DNA of 64,000 nt from Prorocentrum cordatum (taxonomy: Eukaryota), in NCBI GenBank assembly GCA_963575745.1, contig CAUYUJ010000292.1:496001-560000 (forward strand). The letters are read 5' to 3'. The notes below the pieces were generated by a model. The model was given only the letters and a program-made list of their open reading frames with translations, did no database searches and was not told the origin of the DNA. Numbering within the stretch: position 1 is the first letter of the stretch; every line of letters starts with the position of its first letter. This document shows positions 1 to 12,262 of the stretch, one piece after another. Made by a program: the position numbers and the translations under genes.

Positions 1-352
1 AACTGCAGCAATTTCAAAGATGGAGGGCAGCGCCTTTTCAAAATGTGGCACTCGCCCTCGCGCCGCGCACATCCGTCTTCCACGTTTGCGGCGCTGTCAA
101 TGGATCGTATGCTTGACGTCCCAGGATCGGCGTTCTGGCACGATCGAGAAGTGTCGCGACGCAAAAAGTTGTTTCCATCCGCTGTAGAAATCCAAGGAAT
201 GGTGTTCTGACGCGAATTAAGGTTGCCAGGACGCAAGAATAAAGTTGATCCGCGACACGTAACTCCCCCAACTTGTGTTTTGATGCGGTTGAGGATTCTC
301 AATTGGTTTTCTTCGAGTGCGGCATCCCCCACAATGAAAACAAACTTCTGTA
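1..352 (-). pseudogene. Degenerate APE/EEP-type endonuclease fragment of a non-LTR retrotransposon (tentative)
   Basis: Manual minus-strand translation gives QKFVFIVGDAALEENQLRILN (from 350 leftwards). After a frameshift it gives WGSYVSRINFILAS followed by a stop. These resemble, in the right order, the 'i.GDfN', 'L..lN' and 'SRIDY' motifs of LINE endonucleases. No database check. Confidence 0.35.
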
Positions 353-392
353 GGGATCCATTAAAAAAAAACTTGGACAGAGGTGCGCTGAT

Positions 393-490
393 CCTCCTCC
401 TCCTCCTCCTCCTCGCTCCTCCTCGCTCCTCGCTCCTCGCTCCTCCTCCTCCTCCTCCTCCTCCTCCTCCTCCTCCTCCTCCTCCTCCTC
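393..490. repeat. (CCT)n microsatellite
   Basis: Directly visible; source of spurious poly-P/L/S/E ORFs. Confidence 0.95.
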
Positions 491-824
491 GTCGCTCATC
501 ACGACGACCACGAGCGGCGCGCGCAGCGGCCCAGCGAACGCAAGTCGACAGGGAACGCGGGGGGGGGGCAGCCGGAGCGCGCGGGAATGGTCCTGCAACG
601 GTGGCCCCGAACGCTGCTTTTCATGGGGAACAGCAAGCGGGGGGCAGGGGAAGCAAACAACCACCTTGCGTGCACCATCGAGGCCCCAAGGGAGCTCCTG
701 ATGGGCCCCCTCCCTGAGAGCCTCGACCCCTCCCTCCGCACTTACCGCCCCCCCACGAAGTTGGAACCGCCCAGCACTCTGCGGAGACGCGCCGGGAAAG
801 TGCCCCCCTCTTCACCCACCGCTC

Positions 825-990
825 CCCAGACATGCGACGTCCTGATTCTTTCAGGACGGCGTCCCTGGAAGTCCAGACCCTTTCCCCGGAGCCGGCTTTT
901 TCATCCTGCGTCGTTTCTTGACGGTCCCGGGCCCCCCAAGGGCCGAAAAGAATGAACAACCGCCCGTCCGGATTTTTTACGACGCGATCA
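825..990 (+). repeat. Dispersed repeat family R1 (GACGTCCTGATT...TCATCCTGAGTCGTTTTTTGACGGTCC...GGCCGAAAA)
   Basis: Similar copies at ~3392-3570, ~11750-11870 (reverse), ~18270-18430, ~27440-27550, ~41480-41640 (reverse), ~47090-47230. Confidence 0.8.
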
Positions 991-1026
991 TACCTTGGTC
1001 ACCGCCCCGAACTTCGTGGTTGCGAG

Positions 1027-1208
1027 TACAGTCGGAGCGTTGACCTAAGGAACCCTAAATAAGGAACGAGGCCCCTTTTTTTCCACGAGTCAAAGTTCGA
1101 TTTCCCATCGAAAACAGAAGGAAAACCTGAGGCAGGCTGCGAAACACGTGAGGAACGCGAAGCCCCTCCTCCAACCAAAAGGGTTCCTTCTTCGGGGCCC
1201 CGGCTGTA
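1027..1208. mobile_element. MITE family A (Tc1/mariner-like, TA|CAGTCGG...CCGRCTG|TA)
   Basis: Terminal inverted repeats tacagtcggagc / gccccggctgta with TA on both sides. Homologous copies at 28893-29072 and 57856-58035, partial at ~1850-2015. Confidence 0.85.
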
Positions 1209-1406
1209 GGAGTGCGGCACCGCGGGGCTAATCACGGCCGGAGCCCTATGGACTCCGCCCTCCCGCGGAGGCCTCGAGCGAACCCCTGGTGCCGCACGGC
1301 GACGGCCCCGGGGGCCCGGGTCTGGGCGGCAGCGCCCCGTGCGGAAGCAGCCGCCCTCCCCCGCGCTGCCGTTCCCTTCCCCCGGGGGCGTCCCAAGGAG
1401 GAGGGC

Positions 1407-1465
1407 TGAAGGGGCCCCAGGACACACAAATAAATACACACAACTAAACAGATGCCCCATATTTT

Positions 1466-1516
<51 letters not shown>

Positions 1517-1608
1517 TGGGTTTCTGTTTTCCCCCCCACTTCCCATATTTTCCCATACTTTCTGGGGAATCGAAGATGACTTGTGTCTATGTGTTTCTTT
1601 TCCTCCTG
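1407..1608. mobile_element. MITE-like family I copy containing a (TA)n expansion
   Basis: Homologous to 19414-19579 (ctgaaggggccc...acacacaaataaat...cccatattttc...cctcctg). The (TA)n at ~1468-1513 is absent from the other copy. Confidence 0.7.
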
Positions 1609-2038
1609 AAGGGCGTCCGCGCGGCACGAGATGTGCGCGCGCGCGCCTGCGGTGGGCACCCCCGCCGCGCTCTGCGACGCCGCACAAGCAGGTGTGGGCA
1701 ACGCAGAGAGGAGGGCGTCCAAGAGGGGGGCTCGCAGCTCACGGCCCGAGGCGCGTGCGCGGCCCCAGGGGGGGAGGGGGACACGGAACGCGCGGAAAGA
1801 GAAAGGCGAGGTGCCATGAGACCCAGGGAGGTAACAATCGAAACGATGCCATAAGGAGCCCTTTATAAGGAACGAGGCCCCTTTTCTCCATACGAAGTTA
1901 AACTTCGATTTCCCATGGGAAAGCCAAGAAACACTTGAGACTAACTGTAAAACAATTAAGGAACACTGGGCCCCTCCCCAAAGAACAGGGCTCCTTCTCC
2001 AGCGGCCCGACTGTATGAGCCTGCTCTTTGAGAGACGC

Positions 2039-2393
2039 CGGCAAGTTTACTGGCATAGAAGGGGGGGGAGGCTTGAACCTGATGTACAGTGGGGGCGCGA
2101 CCACAAGGAACCTTCTACAAGAAACCCAAAACTGCGACCCCAGGACGTTCATCGACTTTTGGTGTGGGAACGTCACGCTCTCCATCGCAAACCAATCGAA
2201 ACCATGGAAGCCCAGGGCACCCTGGAGGCAAGCAGGGTGCTTCTTGGCTTGGGTCTTCACTGTAAGCCGCAAGCGATTTGCACGTGCGGGCGCCAGGCAA
2301 GCCGAAAGGCACTTGCACGCCAGTGTTCGTCCGAAGAGGGGCGAGAGAGAGGGGGGGGGGGGGGGGCGAACGCCATGCAAGTAACCTTGCCCG
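2039..2393. mobile_element. MITE family H (TIR ~CGGCAAGTTTACTTGCATG) carrying a nested family-B MITE
   Basis: Ends cggcaagtttactggcat / atgcaagtaaccttgcccg are inverted. Uninterrupted copy at 28112-28279; another at 15828-16208. Confidence 0.75.
2085..2264. mobile_element. MITE family B (TA|CAGTG...CACTG|TA), nested
   Basis: Removing it restores gaacctgatgTAagccgcaa, matching gaacctgaagcaagccgcaa at ~28147. Relatives at ~2992-3170 and ~7634-7797. Confidence 0.8.
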
Positions 2394-2770
2394 AGCGAAA
2401 CACAAAAGCAGGCCCTATCATGGCCCCAGCCATGATAGCCACGCCCCCAAAAAAATTCGACGCCTGGCGGCTCTCGGGTCACAACTCGGGCCTCCGGCGG
2501 GCCATCGGGAAGATCCCGCCCCCCCCCCCTTGGAAGGCTCTCGACGAGGCGCGCTGGAGGGCACGCCGAGGAGAGAGCACCCCCAAAAACCAAACAGCAG
2601 CCTTGCCCCCTTGCCCCCTTCGACGACGAAGACGTCCCCCCCCCTCCCCCCCGCCGTCCCCCCCCCCCCCCTCCGGCGGCGCGCACGAGGGGGCGGCGCG
2701 AAGGGGGGGGGCGGGCTCCAGGAAGGCACGGGGCGGGCATCCTGGAAGGCAGGGGCCTTCTTCGAGTGAT

Positions 2771-2986
2771 GGGCAACGATGACAGGGGGGGACTGGAATG
2801 GGCGGGGGACATATTGACCCAGAGTCGGCGATGCATCGCCGATAGATCGGCGATAGGCCTCTGACAGCGAATCCGTACCTTCGTGGGCAGGTTGGGGCCA
2901 TCGGGCCCGTGTCGGGGATCAGTGGGCGACAAATTAGGGATCGATGCATCGCCCCCCTGTGCCTATCCCCCCTATCATTGTCCCTG
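2771..2986. mobile_element. MITE family C (TIR ~CAGGG(A/C)AACGATAGGGGGG)
   Basis: Inverted ends and a core atcgccgatagatcggcgat palindrome. Copies at 11132-11345 and ~41890-42074. Confidence 0.75.
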
Positions 2987-3213
2987 ATATAGTACAGGCC
3001 CGACCACAAGAAACCTTCCACAAGAAACCCAACCCTGAGACCCCAGGACGTCCATCGATTTTTGGCGTGGGAACATCACGCGTTCCAAATAGCAAAACCA
3101 TCGAAACCCAAGAAACCCGGCGCACCCTGGAGGCGAGCAGGGTTTCTCTTGGCATGGGCCTCCAGTGTGGAAGCGCCCCGAGGCTTCCAGGAAGCCTCCA
3201 GCACAAAAAGCTG

Positions 3214-3388
3214 TTGGCGGTGCGCAGAAGGGGTGGAGGGAGGCGGGAGGGCGTCTTAGAAGTGCCCCTGCTTCTTAGAAGGCGCCGGCCTCACATCTCT
3301 GGACAAGGCCCGCGCCTTCTGAGAAGCAGGGCCACTTCTATAAGAAGCCCTCCCCCCTCCCCCCCGCCCCCCGCTCTGCGCGTGGCAG
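3214..3388. mobile_element. Foldback MITE family D, degenerate copy
   Basis: Same CTTCTTAGAAG/CTTCTGAGAAG palindromic layout as 8764-8934. Confidence 0.65.
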
Positions 3389-3794
3389 ATTCCCAGACAT
3401 GCGACGTCCTGATTTTTTCAGGACGGCGCCCCTGGAAATCTAGACCCTTTCCCTGGGGCCAGTTTTTCGTCCTGAGTCGTTTTTTGCAGGTCCCGAGGCC
3501 CGGCGAGGGCCCCCAGGGGCCGAAAATAGTGAAAAACCTCCCGTCCTGATTTTTTTACGACGCCATCATGTCTGGGTTCTGGGCGGCCGCCGTCGACCTC
3601 CCCCCCCGAGCGGCCCCCCGGGCGGTCCCTGGCCCCGGGCCCGCGGAACGGCGCGCGGACGCTGCGCTCGACGACGTCCGCGTCGCGCGCGGCCAGGAGC
3701 ACCTCTGGAGGGCCCCGCGCGCGCCGCCTCGGCCGCGCCGCCTCCTCCAAGAGGGAGGCGCGCTCGGCCAGGACCTTTTTCGGACGGCGTGTCG

Positions 3795-3982
3795 TCCTCC
3801 TCCTCCTCCTCCTTCTCCTCCTTCTCCTCCTCCTCCTCCTCCTCCTCCTCCTCCTCCTCTCCTCCTCTCCTCCTCCCTCCTCCTCCTCCTCCTCCCCCTC
3901 CCCCTCCTCTCCTCCCTCCTCCTCCTCCTCCTCCTCCTCCTCCTCCTCCTCCTCCTCCTCCTCCTCCTCCCCCTCCTCCTCC
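3795..3982. repeat. (CCT)n low-complexity tract
   Basis: Directly visible. Confidence 0.95.
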
Positions 3983-4320
3983 ACGGCGGTCGCCCCGCGG
4001 CGACACGCCGCCCCCTGGCCAGGCAGATCGCGCGCCGCGCCGCTCCGCGGGGGTGGGGGGCTCTCGGGAACGCTCGGGGCGTGGACGCCTGGGGACCGGC
4101 AAGCGGACGGCGCGTCGCGCCGAGGCGTGGTGGGCCAGAACCGGAGGAACGACGAGCTGTCCACCATTTTTTGACCATGACATCAGGATGCGTAGATCTG
4201 TGGCAGAATGCAGAGGTAGTCTGACACAGTTTGAAAGCAAGTCGAGACAGGGCCCCTCCCAGCTCTTGGCCCTTCGCCTCGTCGTCCTCCTGCTCCTGCT
4301 CCTGCTGCTGCCCCTCGCCT

Positions 4321-4448
4321 GCCATCACTCGGACGTGCGCTCCGCGCCCAGAGCTTTCGGCCTCGTGCGTCTACTGTTTCGCAAGATGGCCCAAGACTCT
4401 CCTCGATGGCCCCTCGCCGAGAAGCAGTGCGCGCGTCCGAGCGATGCC
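4321..4448. mobile_element. MITE family G (TIR ~GCATCGCTCGGACGT)
   Basis: gccatcactcggacgtg ... cgcgtccgagcgatgcc. Copies at 19093-19216, ~42232-42352, ~46328-46453, half copy ~40290-40310. Confidence 0.75.
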
Positions 4449-5014
4449 AAGCTCATCCTCGGCGCAGTCCTCCCCCACCCTCCCTCGTCTCCCTCCTCTC
4501 GCTGGCTCTCGCACCTGCCCCCTCCTCCGCCTTATCTCCCGCCTCCCCCATAATGCCCCTCCACATCCCTTTTCCTTTGCCCCGTCTTCCGACTGCGTGT
4601 ACTCCTGGTCCCCAAGCCTGTCGACCTGCTCTTCGTCTTCTCCTTCGGCCACCTTCCCGGATGTCTCATAATTTTCTCTCTGCTCCCCTTACTCCTCCTC
4701 CGCCTCCTCCTCCTCCTCCCTTCCTCTTCCTCCTCCCCGCTTCCTCCCTGTTCCCCTCCCTCTCCCTTTTCTATCCTTCTCCCACTTCGCTCCTCGAGGG
4801 GTTGGAACCTGCAATCGGGGAAGCTGTAAAGCCACGGCGTCGCGGAGGCACTACCTGCCTCCTCTTCCTCAGTGGGGCCCTCGGATCTGCGAAGTTCCCC
4901 CTTTTCCTCCTCAGCCCTGCACGCCTCCCACCCCTCCTCCTTCCCGCCTCCCTCCACCTCTCTCCTTCCCCGTCCTGTTCTCTTCTCCTCCCCCTCGCTC
5001 CTTCCTTCCTATCC

Positions 5015-5510
5015 CCCTCCTCCTCCTCCTCCTCCTCTTCCTCCTCCTCCTCCTGCTCCTGCTCCTGTTCCTGCTCCTGCTCTTGCTTCTGCTTCTCCTC
5101 CTCCTCCTCCTCCTCCTCCTCCTCCTCCTCCTCCTCCTGCTCCTGCTTCTCTTCTTCCTCCTCCTCCTCGTTGTCGTCGTGCTTCTCGTCATTCTGCTGC
5201 GGCTGCTGCTGAAGCTGCTGCTGCTGCTCCTTCTCCTCCTCCTCCTCCTCCACATCCTGCTCCTCCTCGTCCTCTTCTTCTAGCTTCTCCTCCTCCTCCT
5301 CCTCCTGTATCCTCAGTCTGCGAGCTCCCTTCACGCGCTTCTCTGCATTGTGAGTAGGTCCCTGCCTCGCTGGGATATCAAATCGCTTGGCGCCGTCGCC
5401 GCAGGTGGAGCAGGAGGAGAGGAGGCAAAGGAGGAGGAGAAGGAGGAGGAGCAGGAGGAGGAGGATGAGGAGCAGGAGGAGGAGGAGGCGGAGGAGGCAA
5501 AGGAGGACAC
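5015..5510. repeat. (CCT)n tract followed by a (GGA)n tract
   Basis: CCT/CTG-rich 5015-5307 and GGA-rich ~5410-5510. Confidence 0.9.
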
Positions 5511-6259
5511 AACTGCCACCCCCCCACAGCGGTTGTTCAACCTCGGAGGTCCCAGAGATATGGACGACAGCGGCCCTGTGGCATAACTTCTCGGTGGTTC
5601 CAACTCTGGGAGACTCAAGTGCGATCGATGCCTGCGGGATCGCGACGATCATGGGATCCCGCGAAAGAGACGCGCGTGTCCCACCAGCACGGGCGTTCGA
5701 CCTGAGACATCCGACCAAATCTGGGCGCGAACGGGCCCGTGATAACAACCATACTAGAGGAGGAGCAGCAGCAGCATCAGGAGGAGGCCTCCCTCACCCT
5801 CCTCCTCCCTCCTTCAGTCCAGCTCACTGCGGAAGCATGTGTCAATGCCACCCGCTCCAACCAACTGAAATGCTCAGGCCTCAATCTCCAAATGGCTCTG
5901 ATCCGCCCAATTCACGCCGAATCTGGTGAGGAGCCAGGCATGGTGCCACTTCTCCTCCCGCAAGCCATTAACACATTCAGAGAGCTCATCTGGCTCCGCT
6001 CCCCCTGATATCTGAACCTCGTGGACGATGCACGGATGAGAGCCAGCAGATCAGAGGGGGAAGGCGAACGGTGGCATTTGACCGTCCAAGCTCGGTATTG
6101 TCAAGCCCAGGAGGTCCCTGCGGGTCCCAGAAACATCCAGAAGGCTCCAGGAGATCCGGAGATGCCACAAGATGTCCCAGGTCCCAAGGAGGCGAGGCTC
6201 CAGGAAGCCCCAGTAGGCCCATATGCCCTAGGAGGCCGAAGCAGTTACAAGATTGCCAC

Positions 6260-7170
6260 CACTCGTGCTCAGACTCACTCATACGCAATTGCACTTTGTG
6301 CCCGCTCGAACTCAGATTCGGTCGTCCCAGGTCTCGCATCTCCAGGCGGACTGCCACTCATACACATTGATCTTTAATCGCTCACATCTGGGCGCACTCA
6401 TACTCAGACTTATTCGAATTAAGGTTCACTCATACTGAGGGCCCATACTCAAGTTCAAACGCACCCACACCACCCTGACCCAAGTACTCATTGTTCATAC
6501 TCAGACTCACTCATACTCAGACGCGCTAACACCCATACCCACTCATGCCAAGACATTTTCATACTCAGACCCAGCCGTGCTGGTAGGCATTCACACCCAA
6601 TTCTCCGTACTCAGCTCCAATCCTGCCCAGACCCACTCTCTTTCGTGCTCAATCTCTCAATGCTACTTGTGTCGGGCCCACTCATCTCCATCATACGTAA
6701 TCGCACGCAGACTCGATCAAGTGAGGCCGATCAGACTGAGAAGTGATCATATCAGATCCAGTTACACTCAGACTCGGTGTTAGTCAGACCAATTCACATC
6801 CAGACCCACCCATGCAATATTCACTCATACCGATCCGCTCAGACCCATGCGTGCACACACGCACTCAGACTCACCCGCTCATACCTGTTCACTGTCAAAC
6901 TCACTCGTACCCAACCTCTCATGTTGAGTGGGACATATCCAATGGCACTCGTCCTCTGCCCCGCTCATTTTTGGACGCACTCGCTTAAACACCCCCTGCA
7001 CACTCTAGACATTTATATTGACGTGCACCTAGACCCAATCATACTCGGACCGACTCGTACTGGTACACGCTCACACCTGGTCCCACATACCCCGACGCAC
7101 CCGGAACCAGACTCATCTGTACCCAGCCGCTCATACGCACTATCACTTGCACTCAGACTCGTCCGTACAT
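6260..7170. repeat. Degenerate minisatellite (CTCATACTCAGACTCA-like)
   Basis: Recurrent ctcagact / ctcatac motifs throughout. Confidence 0.7.
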
Positions 7171-8763
7171 TCTTATGCGCGCTCAACAACAACACAAACA
7201 AGAACGATAGCTAGACATAGATATAGAGAGAGAGAGAGAGAGCGAGCGAGAGAAATAAGTATGCACATGTTTTGATCTCCGCTCCGAGGAGGTGGGGGGA
7301 GGAGGAGGAGGAGGAGGAGGAGGAGGAGGAGGAGGAGGAGGAGGAGGAGGAGGAGGAGGGGGAGGGGGAGGAGGAGGAGGAGGGGGAGGAGGAGGAGGAG
7401 GAGGGGGAGGAGGTGGGCTCGTGCCTCCGAGACGCGATCCTCCCGCTCATTTTTGGAAGCCTCCGGTCCTGCGCGGCTGCTTCTGGCCCCGGCACGGGTG
7501 CAGGCGGCCAGACACCGAACACCACCATTTTTTTTTGAGCTCCACGCTCTGTCCGCCACGTGTAGCGAGGCACCCTGCGGCGGGGGGAGGGCGCCAGCAG
7601 GCGGAACAAATCCGCCACGGCACGCACCAGGGCCACAGGGGGCCTACCACCAAGGAGCCCAGCCCTGAGACCCCAGGAGGTCCATTGATGTTTGGTGTGG
7701 GAGCGTCGCGCTTTCCACAGCCAGACCCTCGAAACACAGGCAACCCAGGGCATCCCGGAGGCAAGCTGGGCGTTTCTCGGCGAGGGCCCCCCACTGTTCG
7801 CTGAACACTAGGGCATGACCTGGCACTTTTTCTCCGTCGGCGGCGAGCAGAGGCAGTCCGCTCCAGCGTGGGGCTAATCGGGGCAACCGACATGCGAATT
7901 GTCCGCGCGGGGGGGTGGGGGGGGGGCATGAGCTAGAACATGGTGCACTGGAGCTCAGCCCCCCAACAACAGTTCGGCATGGACGGCTTGCGCAGGCTTG
8001 CTCTGACATGTCTCCCACGGCTTGCAGGCTTGAGGCTTGCTCGCGCCTTTGCTTTCTGGACAGCAAGTCTTGTGCAGACGGCGTCAAACTACTGATATGA
8101 CATTCCTCCAACGTGGGAGTCGGGAGATCCACCCGAGTCGCCTGGCTACGGCAGGTGCACCGAATTTGCTGCAAGCGGCTCAGGCAGCCGAGCGCTTTGT
8201 AGCACCACCGCCTTGCATTGAGAGCCTGCACATAATAACGCCGAGGGCGCCACGATCGGAGTGAATAGATCTGCTGCCGCCACGACGTCCCATGATGCAC
8301 TACGCGAGGCAGTCTAATTACATGCACTTGGACACGTTCACGTACACATCGATGCGTGAACGAGTTCCAAACTGAGATGCCAGGAGGACAGGCGAAGTTG
8401 CACTGGAGTGCGCGGGCGCCTGGTACACATTGGATTACCAGGGCATGGCCCGAGTTGAATCTAGCTACAGCCTCGGTCGCATGATCACCCCGCGGGCCCA
8501 AGGAGCTGAGGGACAACCGAACCATATCGCCCCTGGGCGAGGAAACTCCGTACCCCCTCCTTCCCACTTCCCCCTCTTTTTGTGGATGGCCGAGCTTGGC
8601 ACGGAGCAAGATCGGTACGCTGCCCAACGACCAATGCTGTCCAAAACCGACAGCGGCCGCTGTGAGGCATGCGGCCCCCTGTCTTAAGTGGACAGCGTTG
8701 CAGCGACGCCGACAGCTAACCATGTTCAACATGGACAAAAACTGCTGTCGGTCCCGTGCCCAT

Positions 8764-8934
8764 TTGGTGGCGCGCACAAAGGGGGTAGGGGGAGGGGGAA
8801 GGCTTCTTAGAAGGAGGCTGCTTCTTGCAAGGCGCGGGCCCTCTTGATAGATGCAGGGCCGGCGCCTTCTGAGAAGCAGCCTCCTTCTAAGAAGCCCTCC
8901 CCCCTCCCCCTACCCCCTTTGTGCGCGCCGCCAA
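8764..8934. mobile_element. Foldback MITE family D with 5-bp TSD CCCAT
   Basis: Arms of ~60 nt are near-perfect inverted repeats (ttggtggcgcgcacaaagggggtaggggg... / ...ccccctaccccctttgtgcgcgccgccaa). CCCAT at 8759-8763 and 8935-8939. Looser relatives at ~10830-11020, ~12325-12476, ~30410-30595, ~60925-61080. Confidence 0.85.
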
Positions 8935-8957
8935 CCCATTCTTTCCGTACCCATTTC

Positions 8958-9158
8958 TGCGGGCAATAGTTATATCCACATCCAGTGCGTCTTGGATTCT
9001 TGGGCTCTCTTCCCCAGAAACCGTAGACGCACTGGATGCGGTTAAAAATCTGGCCCCAAGAGGCTTGCTTTTATCCATATCCAGTGCGCCTCGGCGTTGC
9101 GGCACCTCTTCCCAAAAAGTCCACGACGCTCTGGATATGGATGTAAGTACTGCCCGCA
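8958..9158. mobile_element. MITE family E (TG...CA ends, ~34-nt TIR, 5-bp TSD ATTTC)
   Basis: tgcgggcaatagttatatccacatccagtgcgtc / gacgctctggatatggatgtaagtactgcccgca. ATTTC at 8953-8957 and 9159-9163. Reverse-oriented copy at 31781-31983. Confidence 0.85.
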
Positions 9159-11131
9159 ATTTCGACACCCCACGTTGTTGTCCCTCCTGGTGTGCGGGTC
9201 ACAGCGTCGCTCTCTGGCGGCCGTGCGGGACGCGCCAGGCACCCGCGGACCGCCCTCGGCACGAGGCGCGGCTGCCGGCAAGCCTCCCGAGGCCGGGAAG
9301 CCGAGCGCAGCCCACGAGAGACGGCGGGCCGCCCCCACCCTGAGGGCGTCGTGCCCCCGCGCTCCGCACCCACGCCTCGATGCTGCCGACCTCTCGCCCC
9401 ATGACACAAACACGACACCCCGGACGTCCGCGCGGATTGCTCGGATCGGCCGGCGCTGGACCCCTCTCCCTGGCGCGCGGCGGCCATGTATCGAGGAATG
9501 GGCCCCTCGGTGAGGCCGAAACCAGCTGCATGCAGCAAATTTCGTAACCCCTCCTTTCCCAATCCCCCCCTTTCGTCCGGCCCGAAGGGAGGCCCAGCGC
9601 GGATCCGAGAAATCCGCGCGGACCTCTGAGTTTTTTGTTTGTATAATTCGCTCACCTACCGGGGCATGGGGGGCGGCCATGCGACCGTGGAGCTCGAGGC
9701 CCGACCTCCGCCGGGAAGGCAGGGCGCGGTCTCTGACGGCGGCGCGCAGAGGGGGGGGGGTGCGGCGCCACGGCGGCGACGGCCACGACGACGCGACGCC
9801 CGAAACAGGGCTCGAACTAGACAGTGCTTTCCGTCTCGTGATCGCTTTCGTATGCGGCGTTTCGACATCGGGCGGAAGCGCATGGGGGGGGCAGGGGGGG
9901 GGTCTGGCTCCGGACCTCTCCTTAGCGCGACTGTTTGCAACAGTCCGTCCTATGGTGAAGACTCTACCTGCTTGAAACAGGCGCCCCAAAACAGCCAAGA
10001 TCCACTCCATGGGTTATGCTATGCCCATCATACTTAAGAACCACATCCCAAAAATAATTTCTAGCACTCAGAAAAGTGTCGAAGCAGTGTCGAACGAGTA
10101 TCGCCTCCCAGGGCCCGACATGTGAAAACCCTCCAGTTTCGGTAATTTCTCGGTGCTCGAAAGTCTTTCTGGTGATCACGGCTAAAAATAAGTTGGAACA
10201 TCATAATCCATGGGGGGAGGGGGTGTACGAGGGTTCGCGCCGATCGGCAAAACAATGGATAAGAAAACGATCACCTTCGGTTCCTCGTTCCGTCTCCGCT
10301 CCACCCTTGATGCAAAAAACGGCATCAACACGAGCACGGCCCACGAGATAGCCCAAACGTCGGTTAGCTCGAGCCATGCGGCGACAAGGGGACGTACGCA
10401 AGATGGCATAGCGAACTCACGCCACGGCTTACGCGGGCGGCCAGCGTAGCACACCGCTTGGAGAAGAGGGCACTTACGCGCGGCCTTACGTGGGAAGCTT
10501 GCGCGCCAGTGTCGGCGCAATGGAACCCGTGTTTCTGCGTAGCTCACGTGTCGACCAGGGCCCCGCCAACGGGGACTTTTTGATAAACCATGCCAGGTGG
10601 AAGTTCATATACGCCCACTGCCTGGTGCATCGATCTTCGGGGACCTCGCCAGGCGGTGGATACGAATAGATTTGGCCTCCCCCGAACCCGAATATGTCCC
10701 GATCCACCGCCTGCCGATGTCCCCCAAGAACGACCCCGGCGGTGCAGGAGGCGCCGCTGGGGAGCTCCACCGCAGATCCGAGAAATCCGCGCGGACCTCC
10801 GACTGTTTCTGTTCATGCAATTACAGGCAGCGAGCGAGGGGGGGATGTGAGAAGGAAAGGGCCTTCTCAGAAGGCGGCGGGGCTTCTCAGAAACTCTCGC
10901 AGCTTCTGAAAGGGCTTTTTGTTGCGTCTTCGGGGGAGGCTCAGAAGACTTCTTAGCAGGCCAAGGGACTTCCGAGCCTTCTGAGAAGGCCTCCTCCTTC
11001 TCCCTTCCCCCCCTACGCTCGCCGCCGAAGGTCGTCGTCCTGGCCCTCGGCGTCGTCTTCGTCGTCAGTCGTCAGGTCGTCGTCGTGGTCCTCGACGTCG
11101 CCGCCGCTGGCGCCGCCTCCGTCGCCACTAA

Positions 11132-11345
11132 CAGGGACAACGATAGGGGGGGACTGGCACAGGGGGGGATGCATCGACCTGCAATCGGCGATACATCGCC
11201 GATAGATCGGCGTTAAGCCTCCGATCGTGAATCCGCACCTTCCTGGGCAGGTTGAGGCTATTGGGCCCCTATCGGCGATCAATGGGCGATTGTGGGTCGA
11301 TGCATCCCCCCCATCTGCCCATCCCTCCCCCCTCGTTGCCCCCGA
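11132..11345. mobile_element. MITE family C copy
   Basis: Homologous to 2771-2986; begins cagggacaacgatagggggg. Confidence 0.75.
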
Positions 11346-12149
11346 TATTGCCACCCCATCTGCGCGCCACCCGCGCCCGGGGCGGTGGACGCGGGTGCCG
11401 CGAGGCGCGCGAGCGCGTGCAGAGCCGGGCATGCACGGGGGGCGCCCTCTGGTCAAGACCGCCGGGCGCTGCCAAAGGTGTCCCCATATCCGAACCTGGA
11501 CAAAAATCACGGCGCGGAGGGTTGCCGCTACGTTCGGCCTCGGGGGGGGGGGGGGGGGCGTACCTAGAAGAAGAAAAGAACTGCATAAACACAGACTTTT
11601 GGCGCTCCGCGCGGATTTCTTGGATCCCGCTGGGCCGCCCTCCCTGGCGCGCAGCGCCAGAGGCGCCGCCCAGGGTGGGTCCATCGCGGATCCCAGAAGT
11701 CCGCGCGGAGCGCCAAAAGTCGGTGTTGATGCCGTCTTTTCTTCTTCGATTACCGGGCCTCGGGACCAGCCGTCAAAAAACGACTCGGAATGTAAAACCG
11801 GTCCCGGGGAATGGGTCCCGACTTCTGCGGTCGACATTGCGAACAAATCATGACGTCGGGAGCCGGGGTCTCTGGCCCAGGGTGTCCCCAGCTTTCCGCC
11901 CCCTGGAGGGCCTCTCTTGGCCTCGAGAGGGGTGCTCTGGAGGCCATGGGGGGGTGCTTGGAAATCCATGGGGCGCCTATGGAGGAACAGACCACGCCAT
12001 AAATATGATTTCTCGGAGGTCCGCACGGACTTCTGAGGAGTTATGCTTATGCCGTTGAAAGCAGCTTCGGCCTTATCCCGATCCCTGATTGACAAGCCCA
12101 AGTGCGATGACCATTAGGGGTGCGCCCTCAGAAACTGAGGGACTCCCAA

Positions 12150-12262
12150 ATATCGGCATCGAGATAAGGTGACGCCAATCAGAAAAACTTAAGGATCGGC
12201 ATCGAGATCAGGTGACGCCAATCCTAGAAATATTGGCGTCGAGATACTGTGGCGCCAATCAG
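12150..12262. repeat. Short tandem repeat, ~3 units (ATCGGCATCGAGAT.AGGTGACGCCAATC)
   Basis: Three similar units of ~38-45 nt, preceded by hairpin ccctcag-aaa-ctgaggg (12125-12141). Confidence 0.75.
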
